Positions 1-10,699 of a stretch of 13,463 nucleotides of DNA are shown here, piece by piece. Origin of the DNA: a virus. Its lineage: Duplodnaviria; Heunggongvirae; Uroviricota; Caudoviricetes. Numbering within the stretch: the stretch's first letter is position 1; every line of letters begins with the position of its first letter. The stretch lies in IMG/VR virus record IMGVR_UViG_2872198387_000008; one strand, 5' to 3'. The notes below the pieces were generated by a model. The model saw only the letters and a list, made by a program, of their open reading frames with translations, was not told the origin of the DNA and made no database searches. Both the position numbers and the translations under genes were made by a program.

Positions 1-270
<270 letters not shown>

Positions 271-469
271 TTACCGTTAAATCATTTTAAAATCAGTAAG
301 TTGTATCGAGTTTGTATGCTTTACTGTCATTAACTTACTGTATGTTGATCCAGTGTATTTAACCTTGATAAACTCAGTCCAGCAACACAAAACCGCAACA
401 CATTGCATTTTGTCCCGTAGAAAAGACTTGTATGTGTGAGCTTGTTTTCTGCGCCTACGCAGATAAGGA

Positions 470-1572
470 TTGAGAATGCCGCGCACTGTAACACATAATC
501 CGGATAGCCCCAATAATGACGATGTTTTAGCCGCATCTGAAAAATGGGACGCCTGTAAACCCCCCTATACCAGCGCACACATGAAAATCTGTGTTGCTGC
601 CGCCAAAATCATCCTCGCTGCTTCCGGCGTGGCTCGCCGTTCCAAATACGAAAAAGAGAACTATCTCCGTATCGATTTCAGCAAAGCCGGTAAGGTTACA
701 TTTTACGCCGAGTTTCCAAAAAAGATGGGCCTCAAAGGTAAAAAGCTCGGCGAGTGGCCGGAGCTCGTTATCCAGCTGGCGCGCGAAAAAGCACTAGGTA
801 TGGCTGACGGTGGACTGCGGGCAGAGTCCGTACATGCAGCGCTGGAAATGTACCGGGATGACCCAAAGCCAAAGTAGCCCGGCAGAAGCTGAGCCCGGAC
901 AGTTTCACAACCTACGGGGTGCGTATCGACCGGATTAAAGCAACGTTCGGCGAGCGTGAGGTGTTCAGCGACGTAACATACAATCGGCTGGTGGAAGTGC
1001 TGGACGAGTGGATCGCCACTCGCTCGAACAATAACGCCCTGGAGTTGTTTGCCGAGCTCCGTCGGTTCTGGAAGTTCTGCGCACCTACTCTTTGCAACGG
1101 CCGCAATGTTGCCGCCAGTCTGCCAGATGATTATGTTTCCTCCCGCGTACAGAAACCTACCCCCACACGGCTTTTTACCGATATTGAATCAATCGCCCGA
1201 CTCTGGCTCAATGTTGCTGCCTGCACCTCTGTACACCAGAAGAATGCTGTTCGCTTCATGATCATCACTGGTGTTCGTCCGATTAATGTCCATAACCTGC
1301 GCTGGGACTACGTTTACGAGGAGGCTGGTGAAATTGTTTATCCGGAAGGGGTTATCGGCATGCGAGGGGCTATGAAAACACAAAAGGCTTTCCGCCTGCC
1401 GATAACGCCTGAGATCCGGCGGATTATCGACGAGCAGAAAGCCTGGCGTGATTCAGTTCCTGAGTGCAACAGGGATTATGTATTTTTGCAGCCACGTGAT
1501 CCAATGCAGCCATTTTCAAAACGATCACTGGATAAGCTGGTGAAAACATACAGCCCGGACGGGGCTGTAAAA
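470..1572 (+). pseudogene. Phage-type tyrosine integrase, frameshifted and 3'-truncated by IS600
   Basis: Two consecutive + ORFs in different frames (470-877 and 919-1575). The second has integrase catalytic-domain motifs (MIITGVRPINVHNLRWDYV, YVFLQPRDPMQPFSKRSLDKLVK) but lacks the distal HxxR/Y region. The second frame is open back to 862, so the shift lies near 860-880. The ORF's stop TGA (1573-1575) is the first three bases of the IS600 terminus. Confidence 0.7.
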
Positions 1573-1615
1573 TGAGGTGTACTGGCAATAGCGGACACTA
1601 CCATTTGTTCTTTTT

Positions 1616-2437
1616 TTAAGCAGCCATCTGATGATGTTTTTCCCTGAAGGCTGCCGGGGAGATATTCCCCAGACGAGAGTGACGACGCTGACGATTGTAG
1701 AAAATCTCAATGTATTCCCGTATTACTGAGATGGCTTCATCCCGGTTATTAAAACGATAGTGGCTCAGGCTCTCATTTTTCAGCGTTCCCCAGAAGCTTT
1801 CCATCGGAGCGTTGTCGTAACAGTTACCTTTACGCGACATTGATGTTTTCAGACCAAACTGCTCCTGTATGACCCGGTAATCGTATGCGCAGTACTGTGA
1901 ACCTCGATCAGAGTGGTGGATTAGCCCGGCAGGTGGGCGCTGGCTCCTGAGCGCCATAAACAGGGCTTTACCTGTCAGCTCTTTTGTCATGCGCTCTCCC
2001 ATGGCGTAGCCGACAATTTCGCACGTATAAACATCTTTGATGCCAGCGAGGTACAACCATCCTTCCTGTGTGGCAACATACGTCAGGTCCGCCACCCAGA
2101 CTTGATTTGGTGCTGTAGGAGCGAACGTCTGGTTCAGCAGATTTGGCGCAACTGGCAGATTGTGGTTCGGGTTCGTAGTCGCTCTGAACTTGCGTTTCTG
2201 CTTACAGCGTAGCCTCAGCTCCTTACGAAGACGTGCCAGTCGGTCACGACCAACGATGATGCCATTCTCTGCCAGCTCCGTCTGGAGCCGCCGGGTTCCA
2301 TATGTTTCGCGAGTGCGGATATGTGCCACCTTAATCTCCAGTTTTAGCCGCTCATCACTTTGTTTTCTGTCTGAGGGTTCATGCTGTACCCAGTTGTAAT
2401 AACCGCTCCTGGATACACCAAATACCTGACACATCAC
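1616..2437 (-). CDS. IS600 orfB transposase (IS3 family, DDE)
   Basis: 273-aa ORF with an IS3-family transposase catalytic core (HHSDRGSQYCAYDY, SMSRKGNCYDNAPMESFWGTLK); recognised as IS600 OrfB. Confidence 0.85.
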   Translation of the reverse strand: MMCQVFGVSRSGYYNWVQHEPSDRKQSDERLKLEIKVAHIRTRETYGTRRLQTELAENGIIVGRDRLARLRKELRLRCKQKRKFRATTNPNHNLPVAPNLLNQTFAPTAPNQVWVADLTYVATQEGWLYLAGIKDVYTCEIVGYAMGERMTKELTGKALFMALRSQRPPAGLIHHSDRGSQYCAYDYRVIQEQFGLKTSMSRKGNCYDNAPMESFWGTLKNESLSHYRFNNRDEAISVIREYIEIFYNRQRRHSRLGNISPAAFREKHHQMAA

Positions 2438-2469
2438 TTCAATGGGAAATTGTTGTCGCCATTGTTCGA

Positions 2470-2674
2470 TTAACGCGTATTTTTCAGTGACTCCTGTGCA
2501 AAATACGCTGTTGCTTTTTTTAATATATCTCGCTCAAGGCGAGCTTCATTTAACGCCTTACGCAGTTGCAGAATTTCAGATTCCAGTTCAGCCACCGTGC
2601 GGGAACCAGGAGTACCGAGCCCTTTTCTGGCGGCGGTAACCCATTGTCCTAAAGTGCCTTCAGGAAGAGATAAT
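2470..2674 (-). pseudogene. IS600 orfA, 3' fragment (split by IS911)
   Basis: Reverse-complement translation gives LSLPEGTLGQWVTAARKGLGTPGSRTVAELE ... NTR-stop, continuing the orfA 5' fragment at 3924-4024 once IS911 and one copy of the AAT duplication are removed. Confidence 0.8.
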
Positions 2675-2682
2675 TGAAGTGG

Positions 2683-3851
<1,169 letters not shown>

Positions 3852-3923
3852 TGGAGCACCTGTGTTGTTCTGAGGTGAGCATATCACCTCTGTTCAGGTG
3901 GCCAAATTCAGTGTGCCACTTCA

Positions 3924-4024
3924 AATCGGGAAGCGCCTTCACTGATCGAAAGTTGATTTTCAAGAACCGTTCTGACAGCTTCGGCTTTGAACTCTTTAGA
4001 GTAACGTTGGGTTTTTCTGCTCAT
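3924..4024 (-). pseudogene. IS600 orfA, 5' fragment
   Basis: Reverse-complement translation from ATG at 4024: MSRKTQRYSKEFKAEAVRTVLENQLSISEGASR, preceded by an AAGGAG Shine-Dalgarno; cut by IS911 at 3923/3924. Confidence 0.8.
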
Positions 4025-4088
4025 TATTAGCTCCTTCTGATGCCATTCTATTTCAGGAAGGAGTGTCCGTTAAACTCAGGCTACCTCA

Positions 4089-4790
4089 AACGCCCGTGCC
4101 GGTGTGCCGGGCAGCGATGAGGAAACCCGTGCGGACTTTGAAAACCGCCGACGTAATTCAGTTGCCCGTAATGCCCGGAATATTCTGGAAGCCATCCGGG
4201 GTGAAATACTCTCCACGGTAGAAAACGTGGTGGATGTTTACGTCACCCATAATCCGAAAAAAACAGAACAAAAAGCCGGAGTCAGTCAGTATCCATTAAC
4301 ACCCGGTTCGCTTTATGTTGGCGTGTACGGCGGCAGCCCGGCAGATATCGCGGCGGCCATCTGGCGTAAGGCTCCGCCGGGTATTGATATGAATGGCAAC
4401 ACAACGTTCACTGTTGCAGATAAGGAGTACGATCCGCCGTATCCTGAATACGTGATCAGCTGGCAGACACTCAAACCCGTCAGTCTGCATGTCAGTGTGA
4501 CGCTGAAAAAAAGTGACTACCTGCCTTCAGATATTACCCGACAGGTACAGCAATCCGTGCTGGACGCATTTAATGGTACAGATGGTGGTCTGCGGGCAAG
4601 AGTTGCCTCTGTTGTCTCTGCCGGGCGCTACTATGCCGGCATTTACAAAACCGATCCGGAACATATTGATATTCTGGGCCTTACTGTGAGCCGTGATGGT
4701 TCGTCATGGACAACGGCTGTCACTTTCGGGATAGATGAGATTCCGGTTCTGGATGTGTCGGATATCAGTGTGAAACTCCAGGAGGCATAA
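4089..4790 (+). pseudogene. Baseplate assembly protein J-like (P2 gpJ / Mu gp47 family), 5'-truncated by IS600
   Basis: Reading frame is open from the IS600 boundary (4089) with no plausible native start; the ORF track GTG at 4104 is internal. Placed directly upstream of gpI-like and gpH-like genes in the conserved J-I-H-G order. Family assignment from memory. Confidence 0.6.
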
Positions 4791-4791
4791 C

Positions 4792-5397
4792 GTGCAGAAT
4801 GTGGCTGCCACTGTGCTTGCGCAGTATGCTGCCAGCCCCCGACTCAATGCCCTCATTAACAGCTTTAACGCAGCGCTTTCCCCCGACAGTTTTATCAGTG
4901 ATTTTTATGGTCTTATCTGGAACATCGATACCGCAGAAAAGTATGGTCTTGATGTCTGGGGAAAGATTGTGGGTGTCAGTTGCTGGCTGACGGTAAAGGA
5001 CGATTTTAATTACCTGGGCTTCAGCGAGTCCAGGATGGACACCCCGGTAATGGATGATCCCTGTCCGTTTAATCAGGCACCGTTTTACAACGGAAAATCG
5101 GATACCCGGACTGTTGACCTGTCTGATGCTGTATACCGGCGGCTGATACTGATGAAAGCCATGTCGAACATTACTGACTGTTCCGTTCCGGATATTAACC
5201 TGATGCTGAGATTTATGTTCGGAAAAAAACGCCGGGCTTATGTTCTGAATAATGGCGGGCTGAGGATGAGTTACGTCTTTGAGTCCGCGCTCTCGTTGGC
5301 AGAACTGGCGATTATCCAGTCGTCGGGTGCACTGCCATCCCCGCCGGGTGTTTATGTTTCAGTAGTTTTAAAGGAGTCCCGTAATGAAGGCCAGTGA
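4792..5397 (+). CDS. Phage tail protein, gpI-like (baseplate/tail-fibre attachment)
   Basis: 201-aa ORF starting 2 bp after the J-like stop and overlapping the start of the tail fibre gene (operon-style coupling); position in a J-I-H-G module. Confidence 0.6.
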   Translation: MQNVAATVLAQYAASPRLNALINSFNAALSPDSFISDFYGLIWNIDTAEKYGLDVWGKIVGVSCWLTVKDDFNYLGFSESRMDTPVMDDPCPFNQAPFYNGKSDTRTVDLSDAVYRRLILMKAMSNITDCSVPDINLMLRFMFGKKRRAYVLNNGGLRMSYVFESALSLAELAIIQSSGALPSPPGVYVSVVLKESRNEGQ

Positions 5398-6277
5398 TAA
5401 ACCCCGCCAGCTGGCGGTCCCCTTTGCGAGTACCGGAGATAAAAACCGTATCCCGGACAAGGCGACACAGCAGACCAGAGAGAGCGGTAATGCTGCGTAT
5501 GATTCAGGTTTTCCTCCGGTGACCATGACAGCGGTCTCAGCGGGAGGTATACCGCCACACGGCAAGGATTTTAACGGTCTGATGTACGATATTACCGCAG
5601 CAATACGGTTCGCCCAGGCTGGCGGTTTGTACACGTATAATGCCGGTTTTGCGGGGGCCATTGGTGGATATGCAAAAGGAGCCATTCTCGCCGGAGTCGC
5701 AACAACAGCGGTCTGGCTGAATACCACGGACGATAACCTGACCGATCCTGAAGGCTCCGACAGTGCGGGCTGGGTAAATCTTCTTGAGGATCCGAAAAGG
5801 ATATTCCTGCGGCAGAAGAACAATCTGTCAGACCTTCAGAATAAAGGGACGGCACGGGATAATCTTCAGGTTTACAGTAAAGAGCAGTCAGATCAACGCT
5901 ATGTTCATCGGGAAGGCGATAAAATAACCGGAGAGCTGAAAATCCGTGGTGTTAATGCGCTGAGGATTTTCAACGAAGCTTTTGGCCTGATTTTTCGTCG
6001 TTCGGAAGAGTGCCTGCACCTTATTCCCACCAGTGAAGGTCAGGGGGAAAATGGCGATATTGGTCCCCTGCGCCCGTTCACCATTAATTTGCGGACGGGT
6101 GAAATATCCATGTCGCATAAAGTGTCTGTTGGCGGTGGTTCGCAGGTCAATGGTGCGCTGGGTATCGGCGTTCAGAACGCCCTGGGGGGAATTCAATTGT
6201 TCTTGGTGATAATGACACCGGATTTAAACAGAATGGAGACGGTATTCTGGATGTTTATGCTAATAGTCAGCGTGTAT

Positions 6278-6282
6278 TCCGC
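6278..6282. repeat. IS2 target-site duplication, left copy (TCCGC)
   Basis: TCCGC immediately outside the IS2 end at 6283; identical copy at 7614-7618. Confidence 0.9.
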
Positions 6283-6293
6283 TGGATTTGCCC

Positions 6294-7199
6294 CTATATT
6301 TCCAGACATCTGTTATCACTTAACCCATTACAAGCCCGCTGCCGCAGATATTCCCGTGGCGAGCGATAACCCAGCGCACTATGCGGATGCCATTCGTTAT
6401 AATGCTCGAACGCCTCTGCAAGGTTCTTTGCTGCCGTTAACCCGTCTGGTTTGGGCATGATACTGATGTAGTCACGCTTTATCGTTTTCACGAAGCTCTC
6501 TGCTATTCCGTTACTCTCCGGACTCCGCACCGCCGTGTTCTTCGGTTCAAGTCCCAACATCCGGGCGAACTGGCGTGTTTCATTAGCCCGGTAGCATGAA
6601 CCATTATCCGTCAGCCACTCCACTGGAGACGACGGAAGATCGTTGCCGAAGCGGCGTTCCACCGCTCCCAGCATGACGTCCTGTACTGTTTCACTGTTGA
6701 AGCCGCCGGTAGTCACCGCCCAGTGCAGTGCCTCACGATCACAGCAGTCCAGCGCGAACGTGACACGCAGTCTCTCTCCGTTATCACAGCAGAACTCGAA
6801 CCCGTCAGAGCACCATCGCTGATTGCTTTCTTTCACGGCCACTCTGCCTGTATGTGCCCGTTTCGATGGCGGTACAGCAGGTTTTCGCTCAAGCAACAGC
6901 GCATTCTGGCGCATGAGCCGGTAAACACGTTTGGCATTGATCGCAGGCATACCATCAAGTTCTGCCTGTCTGCGAAGCAGCGCCCATACCCGACGATAAC
7001 CATACGTGGGCAGCTCTCCGATAACATGGTGTATACGGAGAAGCACATCCGTATCATCAGTGTGACGACTGCGGCGGCCATCCATCCAGTCATCGGTTCG
7101 TCTGAGAATGACGTGCAACTGCGCACGCGACACCCGGAGACAACGGCTGACTAAGCTTACTCCCCATCCCCGGGCAATAAGGGCGCGTGCGCTATCCAC
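6294..7199 (-). CDS. insD: IS2 transposase InsD (orfB)
   Basis: 301-aa ORF; sequence ([30 protein letters not shown]...) recognised as IS2 InsD. Confidence 0.9.
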
Positions 7200-7522
7200 T
7201 TTTTTGCCCGTCCATATTCAACGGCTTCTTTGAGGAGTTCATTTTCCATCGTTTTCTTGCCGAGCAGGCGCTGGAGTTCTTTAATCTGCTTCATGGCGGC
7301 AGCAAGTTCAGAGGCAGGAACAACCTGTTCTCCGGCGGCCACAGCAGTAAGACTTCCTTCCTGGTATTGCTTACGCCAGAGAAATAACTGGCTGGCTGCT
7401 ACACCATGTTGCCGGGCAACGAGGGAGACCGTCATCCCCGGTTCAAAGCTCTGCTGAACAATTGCGATCTTTTCCTGTGTGGTACGCCGTCTGCGTTTCT
7501 CCGGCCCTAAGACATCAATCAT
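7157..7522 (-). CDS. insC: IS2 InsC (orfA, HTH regulator/transposase subunit)
   Basis: Translation [58 protein letters not shown]... recognised as IS2 InsC. The ORF track's upstream extension (7567) is probably not the native start. Confidence 0.9.
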
Positions 7523-7613
7523 CTGTTCTCCAATGACTAGTCTAAAAACTAGTATTAAGACTATCACTTAAATAAGTGATACTGGTTGTCTGGAGATTCA
7601 GGGGGCCAGTCTA

Positions 7614-7618
7614 TCCGC
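7614..7618. repeat. IS2 target-site duplication, right copy (TCCGC)
   Basis: Identical to 6278-6282, immediately outside the IS2 terminus. Confidence 0.9.
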
Positions 7619-8106
7619 TTTCAGAATGGAGTGGCTATTGCTTTTAAGAATATTCAGGCCGGAACTGCCAGAAAATTCACGTTATCCAGCGCCAACAACT
7701 CCACGAAAAATGCAGCGTTTTATTTGTGGGGTAATCCATCCAGGCCTGTTGTTGCAGAGCTTGGTGATGATTCAGGCTGGCATTTTTTCAGCCAGAGAAA
7801 CCCGGATAACAGCATAGTGTTCACTGTTAACGGACAGGTAATTCCGTTAAATTACGGAAACTTCGATGCCCGCTATAAATATCGAACAGAGGGGGTACAG
7901 GATGTACGGTATGGCCATGAAATGTATTACAGCCCCGGCAGTAACACCGTTTCGTGGAGATTTTGCGCACCTTCGGGACACGGGCTGTCAGGGATGGCGA
8001 TATCGGATACCGGCCGTAACTCAGCGGATAACGTTGACGGTGTGTATTACCGACCACTGCAAAAACTGATTAATGGCACCTGGTATAACGTAGCGAGTAT
8101 TTAACA

Positions 8107-8652
8107 ATGTTGCATTTAAAAAATATTACTGCGGGTAATCCGAAAACAGCAGAACAATATCAGATGACAAAACGATATTCGGTCACCTGGCTTTTTTCAG
8201 AAGACGGAAAAAACTGGTATGAAGAGCTGAAGAATTTCGCCAGCGACACAATAAAAATAGCTTACACCGGAGATGGTCGCGTGGTGTGGGTCGGTAAGGA
8301 TGTGACAGGCATCGAGCCACGCAATGCCAGCGTTATCGAAGTTCCGGATATTACCACTAACCGACGGATTACCGCGCCGGGTTACTGGTTTTACCGCAAT
8401 GATGAATTTGTCTTTGACTACAGACTCAAAGCGGAAGATGAGCGTGATGCCCTTCTGGCTCAGGTCAGTGCCCGGACAGGGGAATGGGAAGAAGACCTGC
8501 TGCTGGGGTTAATCAGCGACGAAGATAAAGAAAAGCTGAAAGCCTGTCGTATTTACGCGAAATCGCTGCAGGCGATGGATTTCAGCACCATCACTGATAA
8601 ATCCTCATACAACGCCATTGAATGGCCCGCCTCTCCGGAAGGTTCTTCCTGA
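8107..8652 (+). CDS. Tail fibre assembly protein (Mu U / P2 gpG family)
   Basis: 181-aa ORF starting 2 bp after the tail fibre stop. N-terminus MLHLKNITAGNPKTAEQYQMTK closely resembles Mu U / P2 G as I recall them; C-terminal IEWPASPE resembles the conserved Tfa C-terminus. Confidence 0.8.
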   Translation: MLHLKNITAGNPKTAEQYQMTKRYSVTWLFSEDGKNWYEELKNFASDTIKIAYTGDGRVVWVGKDVTGIEPRNASVIEVPDITTNRRITAPGYWFYRNDEFVFDYRLKAEDERDALLAQVSARTGEWEEDLLLGLISDEDKEKLKACRIYAKSLQAMDFSTITDKSSYNAIEWPASPEGSS

Positions 8653-8675
8653 TTTAATTTATCGCGAGAAAAACA

Positions 8676-9944
8676 ATGTCTGTAGTGATATCAGGTGCGC
8701 TGACTGATGGCGCAGGTATCCCCATGTCCGGATACCATATTATTCTGAAATCCCGGGTAAACACCCCGGAAGTGGTGATGAACACTGTTGCTGATGTGAT
8801 GACAGGAAACGATGGTGAATACTGTTTCCATGCGCGGACTGGAAAATATGGTGTGTATCTGAAACAGGACTGGCGCAACGAGTACAACGTTGGCGACATT
8901 GCTGTATATGAGGACTCAAAGCCCGGCACGCTGAATGACTTTCTGATTGCTCCTGATGAGGGCGACCTGAAACCGGATGTCGTCAAACGCTTTGAGGAAA
9001 TGGTGGCGCAGGCGCAGCAGAGCGCCGGGGCCGCAGCCGGAAACGCACAGCAGACGGCGCAGGATGTGGCGGCAGCCGCAGGTTATGCCCGCGCAGCAGA
9101 GCAGGCCAAAAATGACATTGATGCTGCGCTGACCGGCACTCTGAAAACGGCTAACCATCTGTCTGAAATCGCAGCAGCAGGCGAAAAGGCACAACAGAAG
9201 TCCCGGGATAATCTGGGGCTGAAAAGTGCGGCCACGATGGAAGCACAGAGCGACATTTACGACCGGACAAAAGGCCGTCTGGCGATACCCGGCGCATTCG
9301 GCTTTGGGTGTGCTTTTCTGCCTGAAGATGTTATCCGTTTTGACACTAAGAGTGATTTCCTGGCCTGGGTAAGGAATGCGCTGCCAGGTGAATATTCCGT
9401 TGCTGGCCCTTACGGCATCATCATACCCGACACACGGTTTGAAGGGGTGCTCAGCATCCGGTGGACTGATGCACGCCCTGAGACAACAGAACCGCGGTAC
9501 AGAGCCAAATCCCTTACTTTTTACGGCATTAACGGCCCCATTTATCACACCCGCTACTGCTACTGGCCCATATCCAGACTGACTGGCTGGGTGAAAATAA
9601 ATATAACCACAGAAGATATTATTTACAGAATCGTGGCGAGCTCTGTCCGCAACAGATGGGGAGACCCTGACATTGGCGGGCTGATTATTGCTGCGTACCA
9701 GGGAGAAGCTGACGGTGATAAAGTCATCAGACTTGTCAGGGGGCAGTCATACAGAGGCTCACGACTGGGACCGGTGGGGATTTCAGTGCCCAGTACTCCC
9801 ACCGGAACGTATATAGTATCCCCACAATTTTTCATTACGGGATGTTCAGAGCATTCATTACCGGGGTCATATTGCGCCCTGTCCGGGGGGCCGGATGCAC
9901 ATGTCTCTGGCGCAATGCCCGGGCTTTTTATTCGCACATCGTGA
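8676..9944 (+). CDS. Side tail fibre protein with lambda Stf-type N-terminal domain and a divergent C-terminal domain
   Basis: N-terminal 90 aa (MSVVISGALTDGAGIPMSG...VYEDSKPGTLNDFL) resembles the lambda Stf N-terminal domain (VYEDSQPGTLNDFL); followed by an Ala/Gln-rich segment and a Cys-containing C-terminal region that I do not recognise. Confidence 0.65.
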   Translation: MSVVISGALTDGAGIPMSGYHIILKSRVNTPEVVMNTVADVMTGNDGEYCFHARTGKYGVYLKQDWRNEYNVGDIAVYEDSKPGTLNDFLIAPDEGDLKPDVVKRFEEMVAQAQQSAGAAAGNAQQTAQDVAAAAGYARAAEQAKNDIDAALTGTLKTANHLSEIAAAGEKAQQKSRDNLGLKSAATMEAQSDIYDRTKGRLAIPGAFGFGCAFLPEDVIRFDTKSDFLAWVRNALPGEYSVAGPYGIIIPDTRFEGVLSIRWTDARPETTEPRYRAKSLTFYGINGPIYHTRYCYWPISRLTGWVKINITTEDIIYRIVASSVRNRWGDPDIGGLIIAAYQGEADGDKVIRLVRGQSYRGSRLGPVGISVPSTPTGTYIVSPQFFITGCSEHSLPGSYCALSGGPDAHVSGAMPGLFIRTS

Positions 9945-10009
9945 GGAATGCACCGTGGAAATTAAAAAAATCATTAATCCCCGTTATACCGAAAGTGGCG
10001 CAGTAGACT

Positions 10010-10519
10010 GTGACGTTTTTTTTTGACGACAGGGACCAGGCAGTCCCCTACACAGCCACCGCTGATGATGTCGCACCGACGGGTCAGCAAATCTGGCAGG
10101 AACTGCAAAGTGGCAAATGGGGTGAGATAGCCCCATTCACTGTGACACCAGAAATGCTGGAAGCGGCCAGAGAGGCCAGACGTCAGGAAATTGAAGCATG
10201 GCGCACAGAACAGGAGGCGAAGCCGTTCACGTTTGAATGGAACGGTCGTATCTGGAATGCTGGCCCCGACTCACTGGGCCGCCTGTCCCCGGTAGTCATG
10301 CTGGCAAAATCTGTCACAGCACAAACACATATGGCGTGGAGCGATGCCGATAATCAGCAGGTGAAACTGTCGATGCCGGAACTGGAAGAACTGGCGGCAG
10401 CAATGGTGCAGGCGCAGGTCGATCGCAACGATGAGATTTATCGCCGTCAGCGTGAAATGAAAGAGGAGCTGAGCGGTCTGGATGATTTGGCTTCAATTCG
10501 GGCGTTTGACGTTGAGTAA
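10010..10519 (+). CDS. Phage-associated hypothetical protein (possible tail fibre chaperone; family not assigned)
   Basis: 169-aa ORF downstream of the Stf-like gene. Apparent GTG start with no clear Shine-Dalgarno, followed immediately by a T9 homopolymer (10016-10024). Function inferred only from position. Confidence 0.4.
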   Translation: MTFFFDDRDQAVPYTATADDVAPTGQQIWQELQSGKWGEIAPFTVTPEMLEAAREARRQEIEAWRTEQEAKPFTFEWNGRIWNAGPDSLGRLSPVVMLAKSVTAQTHMAWSDADNQQVKLSMPELEELAAAMVQAQVDRNDEIYRRQREMKEELSGLDDLASIRAFDVE

Positions 10520-10635
10520 TGAATAAGCCGCAACTGGCGGAATCACAGAAGACCGCTTTGCTTACCGAAGCGGAGTCTGTCATCCGGCAGCCGGGGCGTG
10601 CTGTCAGGCTGAACAGGGAAACGGATGAATCAGGG

Positions 10636-10663
10636 GAGGCCCGGGGGGCGGGCCTCCGTTTTT
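10636..10663 (+). terminator. Candidate rho-independent terminator at the end of the tail-fibre gene cluster
   Basis: GC-rich hairpin GGAGGCCCG-GGGG-CGGGCCTCC followed by GTTTTT on the + strand, between the last + strand phage gene and the convergent ipaH stop. Confidence 0.5.
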
Positions 10664-10699
10664 CCGGAGTCAGTCCGGTCTGTGGTTTATGCGATGTGA

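Larger units (their letters stand above)
6283..7613 (-). mobile_element. IS2 (IS3 family), 1331 bp
   Basis: Ends TGGATTTGCCCCTATATTTCCAGACA (6283-) and GGAGATTCAGGGGGCCAGTCTA (to 7613), flanked by a 5-bp direct repeat TCCGC; contains insC and insD. Confidence 0.9.
5384..8104 (+). pseudogene. Tail fibre protein, P2 gpH-like, inactivated by a -1 frameshift (about 6184-6189) and an IS2 insertion (6283-7613)
   Basis: N-terminal part 5384-6282 has AAGGAG upstream of the ATG. The C-terminal part, in another frame, reads [46 protein letters not shown]...INGTWYNVASI, closely resembling the P2 gpH C-terminus as I recall it. Frames switch at the G6 tract 6184-6189. The downstream frame is continuous across the IS2 site once IS2 and one TCCGC copy are removed (RVFR|FQNG). 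Confidence 0.8.

Noticed and set aside
9421-9447. Possible gix/hix-like invertase crossover site (CACACGGTTTGAAGG) inside the Stf-like gene
   Set aside because: It resembles only one half-site core (GGTTT), and I found no inverted partner near the invertase gene by eye. Too weak to call without a computed inverted-repeat search.
8916-9937. Minus-strand ORFs (210 aa and 104 aa) opposite the Stf-like tail fibre gene
   Set aside because: Antisense to a gene with clear homology (lambda Stf N-terminal domain); the GC-rich sequence gives long open frames by chance.
5384-9944. Diversity-generating retroelement targeting a tail fibre
   Set aside because: Tail fibre genes are classic DGR targets, but there is no reverse transcriptase ORF anywhere in the window and I saw no template/variable repeat pair.
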